From a virus (taxonomy: Duplodnaviria > Caudoviricetes): a DNA stretch of 53,162 nt. The notes under the pieces are model-generated. The model made no database searches and was not told the DNA's origin. It saw only the letters and a program-made list of their open reading frames with translations. Shown here piece by piece: positions 34,125 to 44,184 of this stretch. The stretch covers positions 1 through 53,162 of the IMG/VR virus record IMGVR_UViG_3300036766_000094; one strand, written 5' to 3'. Each line of letters opens with the position of its first letter. Position 1 is the first letter of the stretch. The position numbers were made by a program, and so were the translations under genes.

Positions 34125-34631
34125 ATGAGTGCTGTACAGATTAGACCAGCACAACTGGGAGGAAAGCGAACTTTCTCAGCTCGCTCTCTTACAGTTAAAA
34201 GTGCTGAAACATTCATTGCTGGCGCTCCGCTTACTGTAGATAGTAACGGACAGCTAGCAGAGTGTGGTACGGATTTTGCTACTACAAAAGGATTTGCTGC
34301 AAATGCTGCATTCAGCGGACCTGGTAGGAGTTTAGCGGATACTGTCATCGCCGTTACTCCGCCTTCTGGAGAACCATACTCCGCTGGACAAGTTTACGTT
34401 GCTGGTGACGATGTTGTATTCGTTGGACAGTTGTATAGTGGTAGCACCTTAATTACACCAACAGAAGCGATGATTGCAGATAATTACGGTATGACTAGGC
34501 TTTCTGATGGAATTTGGACGCTTGACCAAGTTAAGACTACTACTGCATATCAAAGAGTTACAGTTGTAGATATTGACGCCGACTTGTCCCTGATGTTCTT
34601 CAAAGTTATGTCAACCTACATCCAGGCATAA
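34125..34631 (+). CDS. putative capsid cement/decoration protein
   Basis: Small Gly/Ala/Thr beta-rich protein just upstream of the capsid gene. Confidence 0.6.
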   Translation: MSAVQIRPAQLGGKRTFSARSLTVKSAETFIAGAPLTVDSNGQLAECGTDFATTKGFAANAAFSGPGRSLADTVIAVTPPSGEPYSAGQVYVAGDDVVFVGQLYSGSTLITPTEAMIADNYGMTRLSDGIWTLDQVKTTTAYQRVTVVDIDADLSLMFFKVMSTYIQA

Positions 34632-34645
34632 GGGAGATATAACTT

Positions 34646-35560
34646 ATGAACATCGGCCAAGCCAGAATCCTAACTAGGCTCGGACTACGAAGCGACTTCC
34701 GAGACCAGTATGTGTTAGTACCCGCAGAATGGTCACAGTATGCTAAAGATTTAACTATGACCCGTCCAGAGATTGAAGCGGCAGTTATTGCTGGGCCGCA
34801 TCGTATGCTGGAAGTTGGTGATTTGGAAGATACCACGTTCTTTGATGCAAAGCTTCTTGGTAAGATGGTCGGTCTTGTTAAGGAATTCAAGGTTGGTTAC
34901 TTTGTGAGTCGTAGGGCTCTTGAAGATGACCAATACAACAAGATTAATCAAGGCGCCAAGTGGCTAGGTGAAGCAGCTCGTTTGACGAAAGAATATCGTG
35001 CTGCTGCATTCTTAGATGACGCTTTCGCTGGTTCTGTTTACAAGACTTTTGATGGTCTTGCTGTTTTGCATAACGCACACACGCTTTTCAATAGTGAAAC
35101 AAGCGCAACAATGGCAAATACGCCAGCTTCCACAGCTCAAGTTAGCTTTAGTCTAGCAGGCTGGGCGGCTCTTCTTGAATTGGCTGAACTAGCCAAAAAC
35201 TGGAATGGCGACCCTGAACCTCTTATGATTGACAAGGCAATCTATAGCCCGAAGTATATCGGTCTTGCAATGCAGATTTTCGCACAAGGCCGCGAACCGT
35301 TTAGCGGAGCAGATGCTCAAATTAACCAAGTTGCTAAGAGACTTGGGAATTTGACGCAAGTTGTTTCGCATTACAAGTCAAGTGTTGAAACTTACTTTGG
35401 CGTTAGTACAGCCAAGAGTGACTTCCAACATCTAGCTCGTGTTGGTCTTAGCATTAAGGATACAGTTGACGAAGAAGGTACTCTTTATGTTCGCGCTCGT
35501 GAAAGATTTGGTTTCTGGTGCCCGGACTTCCACGGTTGGTTTGGGATGAATCCTTCGTAA
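34646..35560 (+). CDS. major capsid protein (HK97 fold)
   Basis: 304 aa, G..VSR.ALEDDQY, DG.A....H, RARERFGF..PD..G.FG pattern; strong RBS. Confidence 0.85.
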   Translation: MNIGQARILTRLGLRSDFRDQYVLVPAEWSQYAKDLTMTRPEIEAAVIAGPHRMLEVGDLEDTTFFDAKLLGKMVGLVKEFKVGYFVSRRALEDDQYNKINQGAKWLGEAARLTKEYRAAAFLDDAFAGSVYKTFDGLAVLHNAHTLFNSETSATMANTPASTAQVSFSLAGWAALLELAELAKNWNGDPEPLMIDKAIYSPKYIGLAMQIFAQGREPFSGADAQINQVAKRLGNLTQVVSHYKSSVETYFGVSTAKSDFQHLARVGLSIKDTVDEEGTLYVRARERFGFWCPDFHGWFGMNPS

Positions 35561-35567
35561 ATTGTTA

Positions 35568-35649
35568 TTCTTTACGGCGGTTCAATTAAGGGTGACTGGA
35601 CACCATCCTAATTGATGCAAAGAGAAATGCCCTCGCCGCCGTAGAGAAT
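35568..35649 (+). other. intergenic multi-stem RNA structure after the capsid gene
   Basis: ATTCTTTACGGCGG/CCGCCGTAGAGAAT closing stem, inner TCAATTA/TAATTGA; no U-tract. Confidence 0.65.
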
Positions 35650-35672
35650 TTCACATGTAAGGAGAATAAGCA

Positions 35673-36164
35673 ATGGCAGACAGTAAGCAGCCTTACAGAG
35701 GTACAACTAAACCGCAAAGAATGTCGAATTTGTATCTTGCTAGGTTTGGTTGGCCTGCTACAGCAGATACGGAAAATGGACCAGTTATCGTAGCCTTTGC
35801 AGCAGATGGAGCACTTTTAGTCGGTGACGCTGTTGTAGTATCTACAGTAGGAAAAGTTAAAACGGCAACAAGTGGTGCTCCAGTTGGAATCGTTGTTGGT
35901 GGAATTATCAACGGTTCTCCAGCTATCTTTGGATTAGGCTCAGTTGGTTATAGTATTCCTACGGGTTCTGTCGTTTTCGTAGCTATTGCTGGTATTGCAT
36001 TCGCAGTTACTACTGGTACAGTGAATATTGGCGACCAGTTAATTCATGATACTTCAACTGGTGGCAAACTTAAGACAGGTACCACAGCAGGTTCTATTTT
36101 TGGTAAAGCTTTGTCAGCTAGCGCTATTAGTGCTACAGTTACAGTTTTGGTTGCACTTTCTTAA
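35673..36164 (+). CDS. capsid decoration protein (DUF2190-like)
   Basis: A.GA..VGD.V.V...G.V...P.GIV...V..GD.L pattern; AAGGAG RBS. Confidence 0.7.
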   Translation: MADSKQPYRGTTKPQRMSNLYLARFGWPATADTENGPVIVAFAADGALLVGDAVVVSTVGKVKTATSGAPVGIVVGGIINGSPAIFGLGSVGYSIPTGSVVFVAIAGIAFAVTTGTVNIGDQLIHDTSTGGKLKTGTTAGSIFGKALSASAISATVTVLVALS

Positions 36165-36458
36165 TTGGAGAAAGAGATGCGTATTCCGTTATTCTTATCT
36201 GCAAATCCTGAACGCGCATCTCGTAGCGGTATTATAAGATTGACAGACGGTGAATGGGTTGTCGCTGGTGACGATTTGATTGATAGTGTAATTGAAATCG
36301 CGGCTGGTGATGACCCATTTACTATTTTAGCTCAACCTAGAATGTCAATTCCAATTGGTGTACAAGGACCAGCTTATGTACTTGGATTCATAGAGAAAAA
36401 AGGAACCGAGAAGTTTTTCAGTGTTCATGCTACGCGAGTTGAAAGACAACTACAATGA
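36165..36458 (+). CDS. hypothetical virion protein
   Basis: Packed ORF; start probably MRIPLF. Confidence 0.55.
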   Translation: MEKEMRIPLFLSANPERASRSGIIRLTDGEWVVAGDDLIDSVIEIAAGDDPFTILAQPRMSIPIGVQGPAYVLGFIEKKGTEKFFSVHATRVERQLQ

Positions 36459-37138
36459 GTTTGACTTTAAATATTACACAATTGCGAGCTGATTTACTAA
36501 AACATTGTGGAGTATTAACAACTGACCCTGGCTTTAATAATGACGGTTGTGACTTATTACTTAATAGGTCACTCTGGGCATTGATGAATATGTTTCCGTT
36601 TAGACAAACAGAAGATACTAAGTTGTTTGACACTACAATTGGAGAACCACGTTATACATTACCTACATTGTTTGAGGCAGTACGTCAAATAAGCATCGAA
36701 GATGACATTAGTTTTGAACATAGTATACTTGACCCGATGACGATTTTAGAGTATGAGGCTCAATTTATTGATACTATTGCGTCTCGCGCTAAACCAACAC
36801 ATTACATTCGTTATGGTACTACATTAAGATTGTTCCCAACTCCTGATGCTGTATATAGTATAGTTATCAAACACGTAATAACTCTAGCTGATTTGGATGA
36901 TGATAATACAGGTTTTCCAATTCCTAAGAATTGGTACGAGATTGTACTTTATGGCGGCATTTACAGAGGATATTTCTTAATTAAGAATCCAGCAATGGCT
37001 AAAGATTTTGAGGACCAACAGGCAATATGGATTAATGCTGCATTGCCTGTCGAGTCTAAAGAAGAAATAGATAGGCATAAGGCAGGTGTATCTATTAAAG
37101 GTTATGAACCGAATGCTAGCATTTATGGGCCTTCTTAA
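36455..37138 (+). CDS. head-tail adaptor / tail tubular protein A-like
   Basis: Y.LP..F, P.HY, LRLFPTPD..Y, IP..W.E..LYG pattern. Confidence 0.75.
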   Translation: MSLTLNITQLRADLLKHCGVLTTDPGFNNDGCDLLLNRSLWALMNMFPFRQTEDTKLFDTTIGEPRYTLPTLFEAVRQISIEDDISFEHSILDPMTILEYEAQFIDTIASRAKPTHYIRYGTTLRLFPTPDAVYSIVIKHVITLADLDDDNTGFPIPKNWYEIVLYGGIYRGYFLIKNPAMAKDFEDQQAIWINAALPVESKEEIDRHKAGVSIKGYEPNASIYGPS

Positions 37139-38233
37139 ATGGCAGCTACATTACAAGATGGTTTCGCGGGTTCAACAACATTGGGTTCTCACCAAGCTGA
37201 TACAGGACAAGCTTGGAATGTTCCAAGTAGTGGTATAACTTTACAAGTATCAGGCGGAAAGTTATTTGAAGCTGGAGCTTCTACTGCTGGTTTGTATGCT
37301 CCAACAATTCAATCAGGTAGATTCAACTTAGACTTAACTGTAAAAGCTCGTCGTTCTCCATATGGACCATTTAGTGGTACACTTGGAACAATACCATATG
37401 GTGGTTCGCCATATATAACACCAATTACTGATGCTCCATTAATTCCTGGTACTATAACAATCAACATTCCGATAGACGATGGAAGTGGTGGAAATCCAGG
37501 TACAGCAGTTTTTACAGATGATGGTGCTGGAGGTCTACATTCTGTTGATATAGGAACGCCAGGATCAATTAATTATGCAACTGGCTCAATATTAGGTCCA
37601 GGCGGTGCACCAACTATTCCGGGAACTGGATATTCAGATGGTCGTCAGACAAGCGCAATTCAAGGACCAGTAACTGGAAGTTATGTAGGTTATGGGTTTA
37701 ATAAAGCTGGTGGAATTATCGTAAGAGCAATCAACGAAACTGGATTATTAGATAACTTCATTGGTACATATACATTAATACAATGGAACCCAAGCGGTCT
37801 TGATAATGTAACATTAAACAGCATATTAGTCGCTTGGACAATGGATACTTGGAAGCGGATTAGGGTAATAATTAGTAATACTCGTATGTGTATTTATGTT
37901 GCGGACGAAGATGGTTCAAATGAAGTTCAAATTGGTAATGCTGTTTTGGTTAGTGCTGGTGATTCAGGACATACTTATGTAGGATTATTATTCAGTAATA
38001 CGTATGGTGCATTGTATGACGATTTGATAGTCAAACCATTAACAATTACAGCTTCTTTAGATGATAGTTCGTTTACAGATAATGGACTTGTTTTAGCTCC
38101 AAATCCGGCAGTATTAAGCTTCGATAGTGTTCCATCTGGATTTGAGATTGATATTACAGATACTTCAGGAAGTTTTGATGATGGTGACGCTGCGTGGTTT
38201 ACAGTTGAATCTCCACCTGGGCCACCAGTATAA
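37139..38233 (+). CDS. Gly/Thr-rich virion protein, lectin-like beta sandwich candidate
   Basis: Composition and position in the tail module. Confidence 0.6.
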   Translation: MAATLQDGFAGSTTLGSHQADTGQAWNVPSSGITLQVSGGKLFEAGASTAGLYAPTIQSGRFNLDLTVKARRSPYGPFSGTLGTIPYGGSPYITPITDAPLIPGTITINIPIDDGSGGNPGTAVFTDDGAGGLHSVDIGTPGSINYATGSILGPGGAPTIPGTGYSDGRQTSAIQGPVTGSYVGYGFNKAGGIIVRAINETGLLDNFIGTYTLIQWNPSGLDNVTLNSILVAWTMDTWKRIRVIISNTRMCIYVADEDGSNEVQIGNAVLVSAGDSGHTYVGLLFSNTYGALYDDLIVKPLTITASLDDSSFTDNGLVLAPNPAVLSFDSVPSGFEIDITDTSGSFDDGDAAWFTVESPPGPPV

Positions 38234-38787
38234 TGGACCCAAGAAATGTAATTCCAGATCAATCTGTTATTGACACGTTAGTTGGTCCGACGCATACAGC
38301 TGATGTAGTTGTTACTGCCGACGCTGATAATAGTCCATTTAGCGTTCCTGTTACATTAGACATTTCTGTACATATATTGGTATTGTCTGAAAGCGCTTTA
38401 ACATTTGATGCCGAACGTGACAGAGCTGGAACGCCCATTAATCAGTTAATCAATTTGACTAAGAGTACTTTATCTCCTACTCAAATTGCCAGTTTAGTTG
38501 CTGCGATTGTTTATAATGATGCTGTTGTTAATTGGTTAACAGCGGTTTTAGATACTACTACAACCCCAGCAATTTTAACTGTAAATGCAGACGCGGCTTC
38601 TTTATTTTTAGAACCAGTTACATTAACAGCAACAATTCACATTACGTCTGATGCTTTAGAAGCAACGATTAATGTAAGTTTAATCATTAATAAGTTCTAT
38701 AATGATGTAACTCCAATTAATCCTAGCTTTGCCAACGATGTAACTCCAATTAGTCCATCATACGCAAGCGAACCAGCCGCGATATGA
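38233..38787 (+). CDS. Ig-like (BACON-like) virion protein
   Basis: LS.S.LTF...NWLT...TTTPA.LTV pattern; C-terminal NDVTPI repeat. Confidence 0.6.
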   Translation: MDPRNVIPDQSVIDTLVGPTHTADVVVTADADNSPFSVPVTLDISVHILVLSESALTFDAERDRAGTPINQLINLTKSTLSPTQIASLVAAIVYNDAVVNWLTAVLDTTTTPAILTVNADAASLFLEPVTLTATIHITSDALEATINVSLIINKFYNDVTPINPSFANDVTPISPSYASEPAAI

Positions 38788-40076
38788 TAACACGTATTGA
38801 TACACAAGAACGAATCATAGACGCGACAGAAGGTCGCAATGTATTAGAGCGTAGAGTATTTGCGCAATTGTCTAGCGGTCCGACACCAAGCGTATTGAAT
38901 AATGAATATTTTAGTTGTAGTGGAAGCGTAATTACAATTACCAATTTCACAAAAGGCCAAGACGGACAAAAGTTACACATATTTGGTGATGGTAAAACTA
39001 GTATTGCTAATAACGAATTCATACATACTAGTTCGGGAAGCACAGAATTATTGGCAAATAATGTATTCTATGTATTTGTTCAGCACAACGACAAATGGTA
39101 TTCTCAAATTTCATCTGGAAGTACACCTGGTTCATCTGATAGTGGAATCAATATAACCGAATTAGTAAACCAACAAATTGTAATTTACAATCAACCTAAC
39201 AATAGATTGGTTTCATTAACTCCATCTGTTGCTGGTCAAGTTATAGTATCAGATGGAACTAATCCAAATTGGGATTTCGTTACATTAATTACTGGTGTTG
39301 GAGTTATAACTGTAGGAACTTGGACAGCCAATGTTATATCAACTACGTATACTCAAGCTCAAGTTATTAGCGTTGCTGGAACAACTGACAGAATCTCCGT
39401 TGGTGGTACTAGTACTGCTCCTATTATTGATATCTCTACCAATTATGTGGGCCAAACGTCAATCACGACGTTAGGGACTATAACAACTGGATCATTCCCC
39501 TGGGCAAATTTAAGTGGTGTTCCAAGTACATTTCCACCAACAAATCATGATTTAGTTAGTTCAACACATACAGCAAGCGGATTGACAACTGGTTATTTCT
39601 TGAAGTCTCTTTCTGCTACGACATTTGGGTTCGCGGCACATGGGTTGAGTTATGGCGACGTGGGAGCGGCAGCAGCGAGCCATACACATGCGGCGAGTCA
39701 GATTACAGTGGGGACGTTCGGCGGTTCTGGCTCGGCAGTATTTCCAGATCAGGTTCACGCAAGCTCACTGTTTGCAAAGCAAGCGTCCCCCACTCAATTG
39801 TGGCTCGGCTACGACGACAGCAACTATTTCAGTATTAGCATTTCGGCTGCAGGACTTGCAAGCTTCCAGACCGTTGGCGGCGGTAGTGAGGGACCAGGTT
39901 GCAAGTTTCTTGAGTCTATAGACGTTGCATTTGGTAAGGTCTACAAGGTGAACACAGTCCAGGTCCTCGGCGCCCAGGGCGCGGCGGTGGCGGACGCAAC
40001 GGACGCAGCTAGTGTCATCACGCAATTGAATCTTTTACTTGCGCGGGCTCGTACACACGGGTTTATCGCTACATGA
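38784..40076 (+). CDS. tail fibre protein
   Basis: Ser/Thr/Gly-rich; YVGQTSITTLGTITTG, HTH(A) motifs; GC-rich C-terminal third. Confidence 0.7.
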   Translation: MITRIDTQERIIDATEGRNVLERRVFAQLSSGPTPSVLNNEYFSCSGSVITITNFTKGQDGQKLHIFGDGKTSIANNEFIHTSSGSTELLANNVFYVFVQHNDKWYSQISSGSTPGSSDSGINITELVNQQIVIYNQPNNRLVSLTPSVAGQVIVSDGTNPNWDFVTLITGVGVITVGTWTANVISTTYTQAQVISVAGTTDRISVGGTSTAPIIDISTNYVGQTSITTLGTITTGSFPWANLSGVPSTFPPTNHDLVSSTHTASGLTTGYFLKSLSATTFGFAAHGLSYGDVGAAAASHTHAASQITVGTFGGSGSAVFPDQVHASSLFAKQASPTQLWLGYDDSNYFSISISAAGLASFQTVGGGSEGPGCKFLESIDVAFGKVYKVNTVQVLGAQGAAVADATDAASVITQLNLLLARARTHGFIAT

Positions 40077-40100
40077 TTCATAATATAAATTAGCCGCAGT

Positions 40101-40541
40101 ATGAACAAACGTTTAGCCCATCTTAAGAAGAAATGGAGAATCCATATTATGCGTCCGTTAGTTTTCGATATCGAGCAAAAAGACCATGAAATGATTCATT
40201 TACGTTTAGTTCAAGCATGTAATTACGGGCCAAATCAGTCTGGTTCTTATGAAAAGCAAGAACGAACCGTAAAGTTACAAGATTTGTTAGAATCAATTGG
40301 TATCAAATTCATGACTGAAGCTATCAGACCTAATGGTAGCATTGGATTAGTAGAAGCAATTAAATTGAATGTAGGCATTCATAAGTTAGAGTTACATCCT
40401 GAGAATTTGTTTGATACATTGAAGGAGCATTGGAAAGCATTTGCAGAATCAGGTTCCGTACCAGCTAGAGATTCATTGAAAGTAAGAGATTATTTAGCTA
40501 ATATACCTTCAATCGAGTTGGAGAATAAAGATGCCACTTAA
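40101..40541 (+). CDS. hypothetical protein, possible fibre chaperone
   Basis: Follows the fibre gene; start probably MRPLVF. Confidence 0.55.
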   Translation: MNKRLAHLKKKWRIHIMRPLVFDIEQKDHEMIHLRLVQACNYGPNQSGSYEKQERTVKLQDLLESIGIKFMTEAIRPNGSIGLVEAIKLNVGIHKLELHPENLFDTLKEHWKAFAESGSVPARDSLKVRDYLANIPSIELENKDAT

Positions 40542-40674
40542 GAAAGGTTCTTCCAAAAAGACCATTAGTGAAAACATTAGAACAGAAATGCACTCTGGAA
40601 AGCCTCAAAAACAAGCGATTGCTATAGCTGTGTCTAAAGCTGGAATGAGCAAGAAGTACAAGAAAGGTATGTAA
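40531..40674 (+). CDS. 47-aa small basic phage protein (not in ORF track)
   Basis: [38 protein letters not shown], a pattern recalled from many phage genomes; GGAG RBS. Confidence 0.8.
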   Translation: MPLKKGSSKKTISENIRTEMHSGKPQKQAIAIAVSKAGMSKKYKKGM

Positions 40675-40676
40675 CA

Positions 40677-41276
40677 ATGTCTTACTCATTCTCTATTGAT
40701 GAAGCAGTTCCAAGTACAAGTAACAATGCTAACTTGTTAGGTCAGTACATTACTGATCTCAAGAAGGCTATTCATGAGCGAATGAATACGCTTGTTGTTG
40801 ATTGGACAGCAGACCCAATTGCTCTTAAGTCAGACTTAAGCGGAGCACAAACAGGACGCAAGGTCTTTATTAATTATGGAGACGTGAATCCAGCGTCAGA
40901 TTCTGATAACTGTGAGTATCATCCTGACGGTTGGTTCAAGATGATAACTCCAAATAGCTCAAGTCAATGTCCAATTAGATTGCCGGTAGGCGCTACAATA
41001 ACTAAATTCCGTGTTCTCCATCAGAATATTAGTGGTGGAGCTTACATGGTATTTAGATTGAAAAAGAAGACATTTGCATTACCTACTATCACCACAGAAA
41101 TAAAAGTAATTACTATGACTTCTAGTACAGCGGATGCGATTGGTGATAGCGGAACAATGTCTCATACAGTTGATGAATCTGTATATTATATTGTAAATGA
41201 ACCAGTAAGCGGTGCATATAAGATTTTCGGTTATGAATTTACTATAGATATTCCTGGTATTGGTTCAATGGTATAA
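40677..41276 (+). CDS. putative tail-associated protein
   Basis: N-terminal P...A......I.DLK..I.ER anchor-like segment; beta-rich C-terminus. Confidence 0.6.
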   Translation: MSYSFSIDEAVPSTSNNANLLGQYITDLKKAIHERMNTLVVDWTADPIALKSDLSGAQTGRKVFINYGDVNPASDSDNCEYHPDGWFKMITPNSSSQCPIRLPVGATITKFRVLHQNISGGAYMVFRLKKKTFALPTITTEIKVITMTSSTADAIGDSGTMSHTVDESVYYIVNEPVSGAYKIFGYEFTIDIPGIGSMV

Positions 41277-41278
41277 TA

Positions 41279-42910
41279 ATGGCGAAACTTAATAGCGTAA
41301 TTAGAGCGATTTCGCTTCCACGTAGGCCGCCGCCAACAGACAATGAGTCTAGCATAAATCTTGCTACTCAACGTCTAAATGGTGGTATGATTACGTCTAT
41401 TGACCCTTCTGATTTACCAGATGAAGCTTGTGTCCGATTAGTCAATGGCCGCGTTCGTTATGATAGGTCGTCAAGGCGAAATGGATTCTTAGTTTTAGCT
41501 GTTAATGAGCCTAATTCTGGCGAAATACGAAAGCTAATATTATCTAGAGTGTTTTTTGGTAAGTCAGTATTGCTGCGTGTAACTCAAACAAGCATTCACA
41601 AATTAGGAATTGCTTCTTGGATTGCAATTTCAGGTACTCCAAATCCAATTGGTAAGTACATAGACAGCGCAACAGTATTCAATAGGATTATTATTGCAGA
41701 TGGTACGAACAAGCTTATTTATATCTATAATGGTGCTGTTGAGTCTGCACCAGAAGCACCAATTGCTAAGTTCGTTACAGGTTTCTATAATCGAGTAGTC
41801 TCTGCTCACAGAGTAGATGCTTCCGATGGGTCCATTACTGTTTATTGGAGCGCGGAATTTGAACCTGGAGACCCTGTTCCATTAAAGACGTGGAATCTCA
41901 GTACAAACATTGGTGCTGGTTATGAACCATTAATTGATTCTCCTGGTGATGTTGGAGACCAAATTACTGGAATTAGAGGATTTGCTAATATATTGGTAAT
42001 TCCGCGAGAGAAGTCTATATGGTTAGCTAACAAGCAAGCTTCTAATACTGCACCATTCAGATTTTATAATGCATTACCAGGAACAGGTTGCGACTGTTCT
42101 AATGCTATTGAGATTTCTCGTGATGGTATGATCTTTGCAGATACGCGTACTAAGACTATGTATGTACTGAATCCCGCTGGAGGTATGGATAGATTTAGTG
42201 TCAATGTTGAAACTGATTTGTTTGCTAAGTTAGGTAAGTCAATAGATGCTCGTGATGCGTATGCAAGTTTCGATGCGTTTCGTAACGAGTATCACTTTCA
42301 CATTCCTGATGGTTCCACAAGTCGCAATTGGGTTTTTAACTTTGACACTAAGGCTTTTAGCTACGATGAATCTGCATTGATACAGACGTTAACATCTAGA
42401 CTTTGTACCGACAAACCGTTAGTAATTGGAACTACAATTGGAGAGCTAACTGGAACGATTGGCTATTTGACTGGAACTATTGGAGGTTTAGACGATCCTC
42501 GTAGTGATGCAGCTACGATTTATGTTGGTGATAGTGCTGGTAATATTTATATAGATGATGATTCGTATGATGACGACGATGGTGATGCCTACAATTTCAT
42601 CTACGAAACTAAAGATTTTACAGCTCAACCTGATTATGATATTGACGTACGCAAGTTATTAGTAGAATCTAATGTGGATTTAGCTGCATCAATGAAATTA
42701 GAATGGTCATCTGATAGTGGTTCTAACTGGAATCTTTATCGCGATTGGTTTACAGTAAATGCTGCACAATCTAAAATCACAGTAGCTCTTAGAAATATAC
42801 ATGGTCGTAGAATAAGAATACGAATCACAGTACGTTCTGGAAGATTAGCACTTCTTAAGTTGAACTTAGATGCGCTCCGTGGAGGATTGCAAAGTGACAA
42901 TTCAGCTTAG
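41279..42910 (+). CDS. tail tubular B / P22 gp10-like hub protein
   Basis: 543 aa beta-propeller-like, GG...S.DP start, WSSDSG.NW C-terminal motif; position before ejection genes. Confidence 0.75.
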   Translation: MAKLNSVIRAISLPRRPPPTDNESSINLATQRLNGGMITSIDPSDLPDEACVRLVNGRVRYDRSSRRNGFLVLAVNEPNSGEIRKLILSRVFFGKSVLLRVTQTSIHKLGIASWIAISGTPNPIGKYIDSATVFNRIIIADGTNKLIYIYNGAVESAPEAPIAKFVTGFYNRVVSAHRVDASDGSITVYWSAEFEPGDPVPLKTWNLSTNIGAGYEPLIDSPGDVGDQITGIRGFANILVIPREKSIWLANKQASNTAPFRFYNALPGTGCDCSNAIEISRDGMIFADTRTKTMYVLNPAGGMDRFSVNVETDLFAKLGKSIDARDAYASFDAFRNEYHFHIPDGSTSRNWVFNFDTKAFSYDESALIQTLTSRLCTDKPLVIGTTIGELTGTIGYLTGTIGGLDDPRSDAATIYVGDSAGNIYIDDDSYDDDDGDAYNFIYETKDFTAQPDYDIDVRKLLVESNVDLAASMKLEWSSDSGSNWNLYRDWFTVNAAQSKITVALRNIHGRRIRIRITVRSGRLALLKLNLDALRGGLQSDNSA

Positions 42911-43490
42911 TGAACCAGTTGTTAGTGCAATTTGTGAAGAGCCAGCAGGCAAGATTGAACGTCATGTTTATTTCATGCCTTTGTCTGTCGAGAATCTAAA
43001 AACTCTTTGGGAAAAGTCTAGACATTTTCATAACATATTTGGACAAGAAGTTGAAGGAGACTTTCAGAAATTTGCATCAATTCTTATGAATGGCGATGGC
43101 GTTAAAGATATATCTGCTACTGGATTATTTTGGGTCATAGATGATTTCGTTGGTGTGTTTTACATGACTCGAATTATTCCAAATGTAGACGCGCTAGTTC
43201 ATTATATATTCTTCGACAAGCGTCATCGTGGACGTGAACATTTGATTATGGAGATGATTAGGTTTGGATTCACTAAGTTTGGATTCAATAGGATTAGTGC
43301 AGAGCTACCATCATATGCTAGTCCTAATGCGGCTATCTTATTAGAAAAACATCTAGGCTTTGTTCGTGAAGGTAGGAAGCGCGGAGCTTCACAGAACAAA
43401 CAAGGATGGCAGGATGTTATTCTCTATGGAATGCTTAAGTCTGAAGCGTTTGCCACGAAAGTAGACAAATCAAATGGGAGCGAGATATAG
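42870..43490 (+). CDS. GNAT (RimJ/RimL-like) acetyltransferase
   Basis: RGRE, F...GFNRISA, LGFVREGRKR, D..LYGMLKSE. Confidence 0.85.
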   Translation: MRSVEDCKVTIQLSEPVVSAICEEPAGKIERHVYFMPLSVENLKTLWEKSRHFHNIFGQEVEGDFQKFASILMNGDGVKDISATGLFWVIDDFVGVFYMTRIIPNVDALVHYIFFDKRHRGREHLIMEMIRFGFTKFGFNRISAELPSYASPNAAILLEKHLGFVREGRKRGASQNKQGWQDVILYGMLKSEAFATKVDKSNGSEI

Positions 43491-44184
43491 GGAAGTTGGT
43501 GGTGGTCCGGCAACTGGAGTAGCGGATAGCTGGGCCAATACGTTGCAATCTATGATGGGTGGTGGTTCGACTCCAAGCACCCAAATGAACAATGCTCCAA
43601 ATGCAATGGCTAGAATAATGCAGGAAATATTAAGCCCCGGAGCAGGAGCTATTGGGGGTAATTTTGCATCTCAGATTGAAAGAGGAATTGGTAGAGAACG
43701 TGGTGCATTAACTTCAAGATTCTCCTCAATGAATGGTGGTTATGGAAGTGGAGCTGGTCAAGCTTTAGCACAATTTGGTGCCGAAGTTGCAGATAGAGTT
43801 CCAATGGACATTGCTAATTTGCAAATGGGTACTATTCAACAATTGATGCAAGCAATTGGTCAGTTTTCTCAAAGAGGTGTAAGTCAAAGAAGTACAGTTG
43901 CTGAACCGAATCCTTGGCTACAAGGATTACAAGCATTTGGTGATGTGGCTAAAACTGTTGGTCCGATGATTGCTGGTGCTCCTCCGATGCCTTCTGGTAG
44001 CAATACAAGCCCTGGAAGTTCAACAAGTGGTATTGTATCACCGTTAGGTGTAAATGATACATCACCAATGATGTCTGGCTATAGTGGATTTAGCGGTGGG
44101 CGTGGTGGAGTTCCTTATTTTAACTTGCCGCGTTTGAATTCTCAAAATGCTACTGCCTTCTATATGGGTGGAGGGCGTAACTAA
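43474..44184 (+). CDS. putative ejection/internal virion protein
   Basis: Gly/Ala/Gln/Met-rich; GGYGSGA; position. Confidence 0.65.
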   Translation: MGARYREVGGGPATGVADSWANTLQSMMGGGSTPSTQMNNAPNAMARIMQEILSPGAGAIGGNFASQIERGIGRERGALTSRFSSMNGGYGSGAGQALAQFGAEVADRVPMDIANLQMGTIQQLMQAIGQFSQRGVSQRSTVAEPNPWLQGLQAFGDVAKTVGPMIAGAPPMPSGSNTSPGSSTSGIVSPLGVNDTSPMMSGYSGFSGGRGGVPYFNLPRLNSQNATAFYMGGGRN

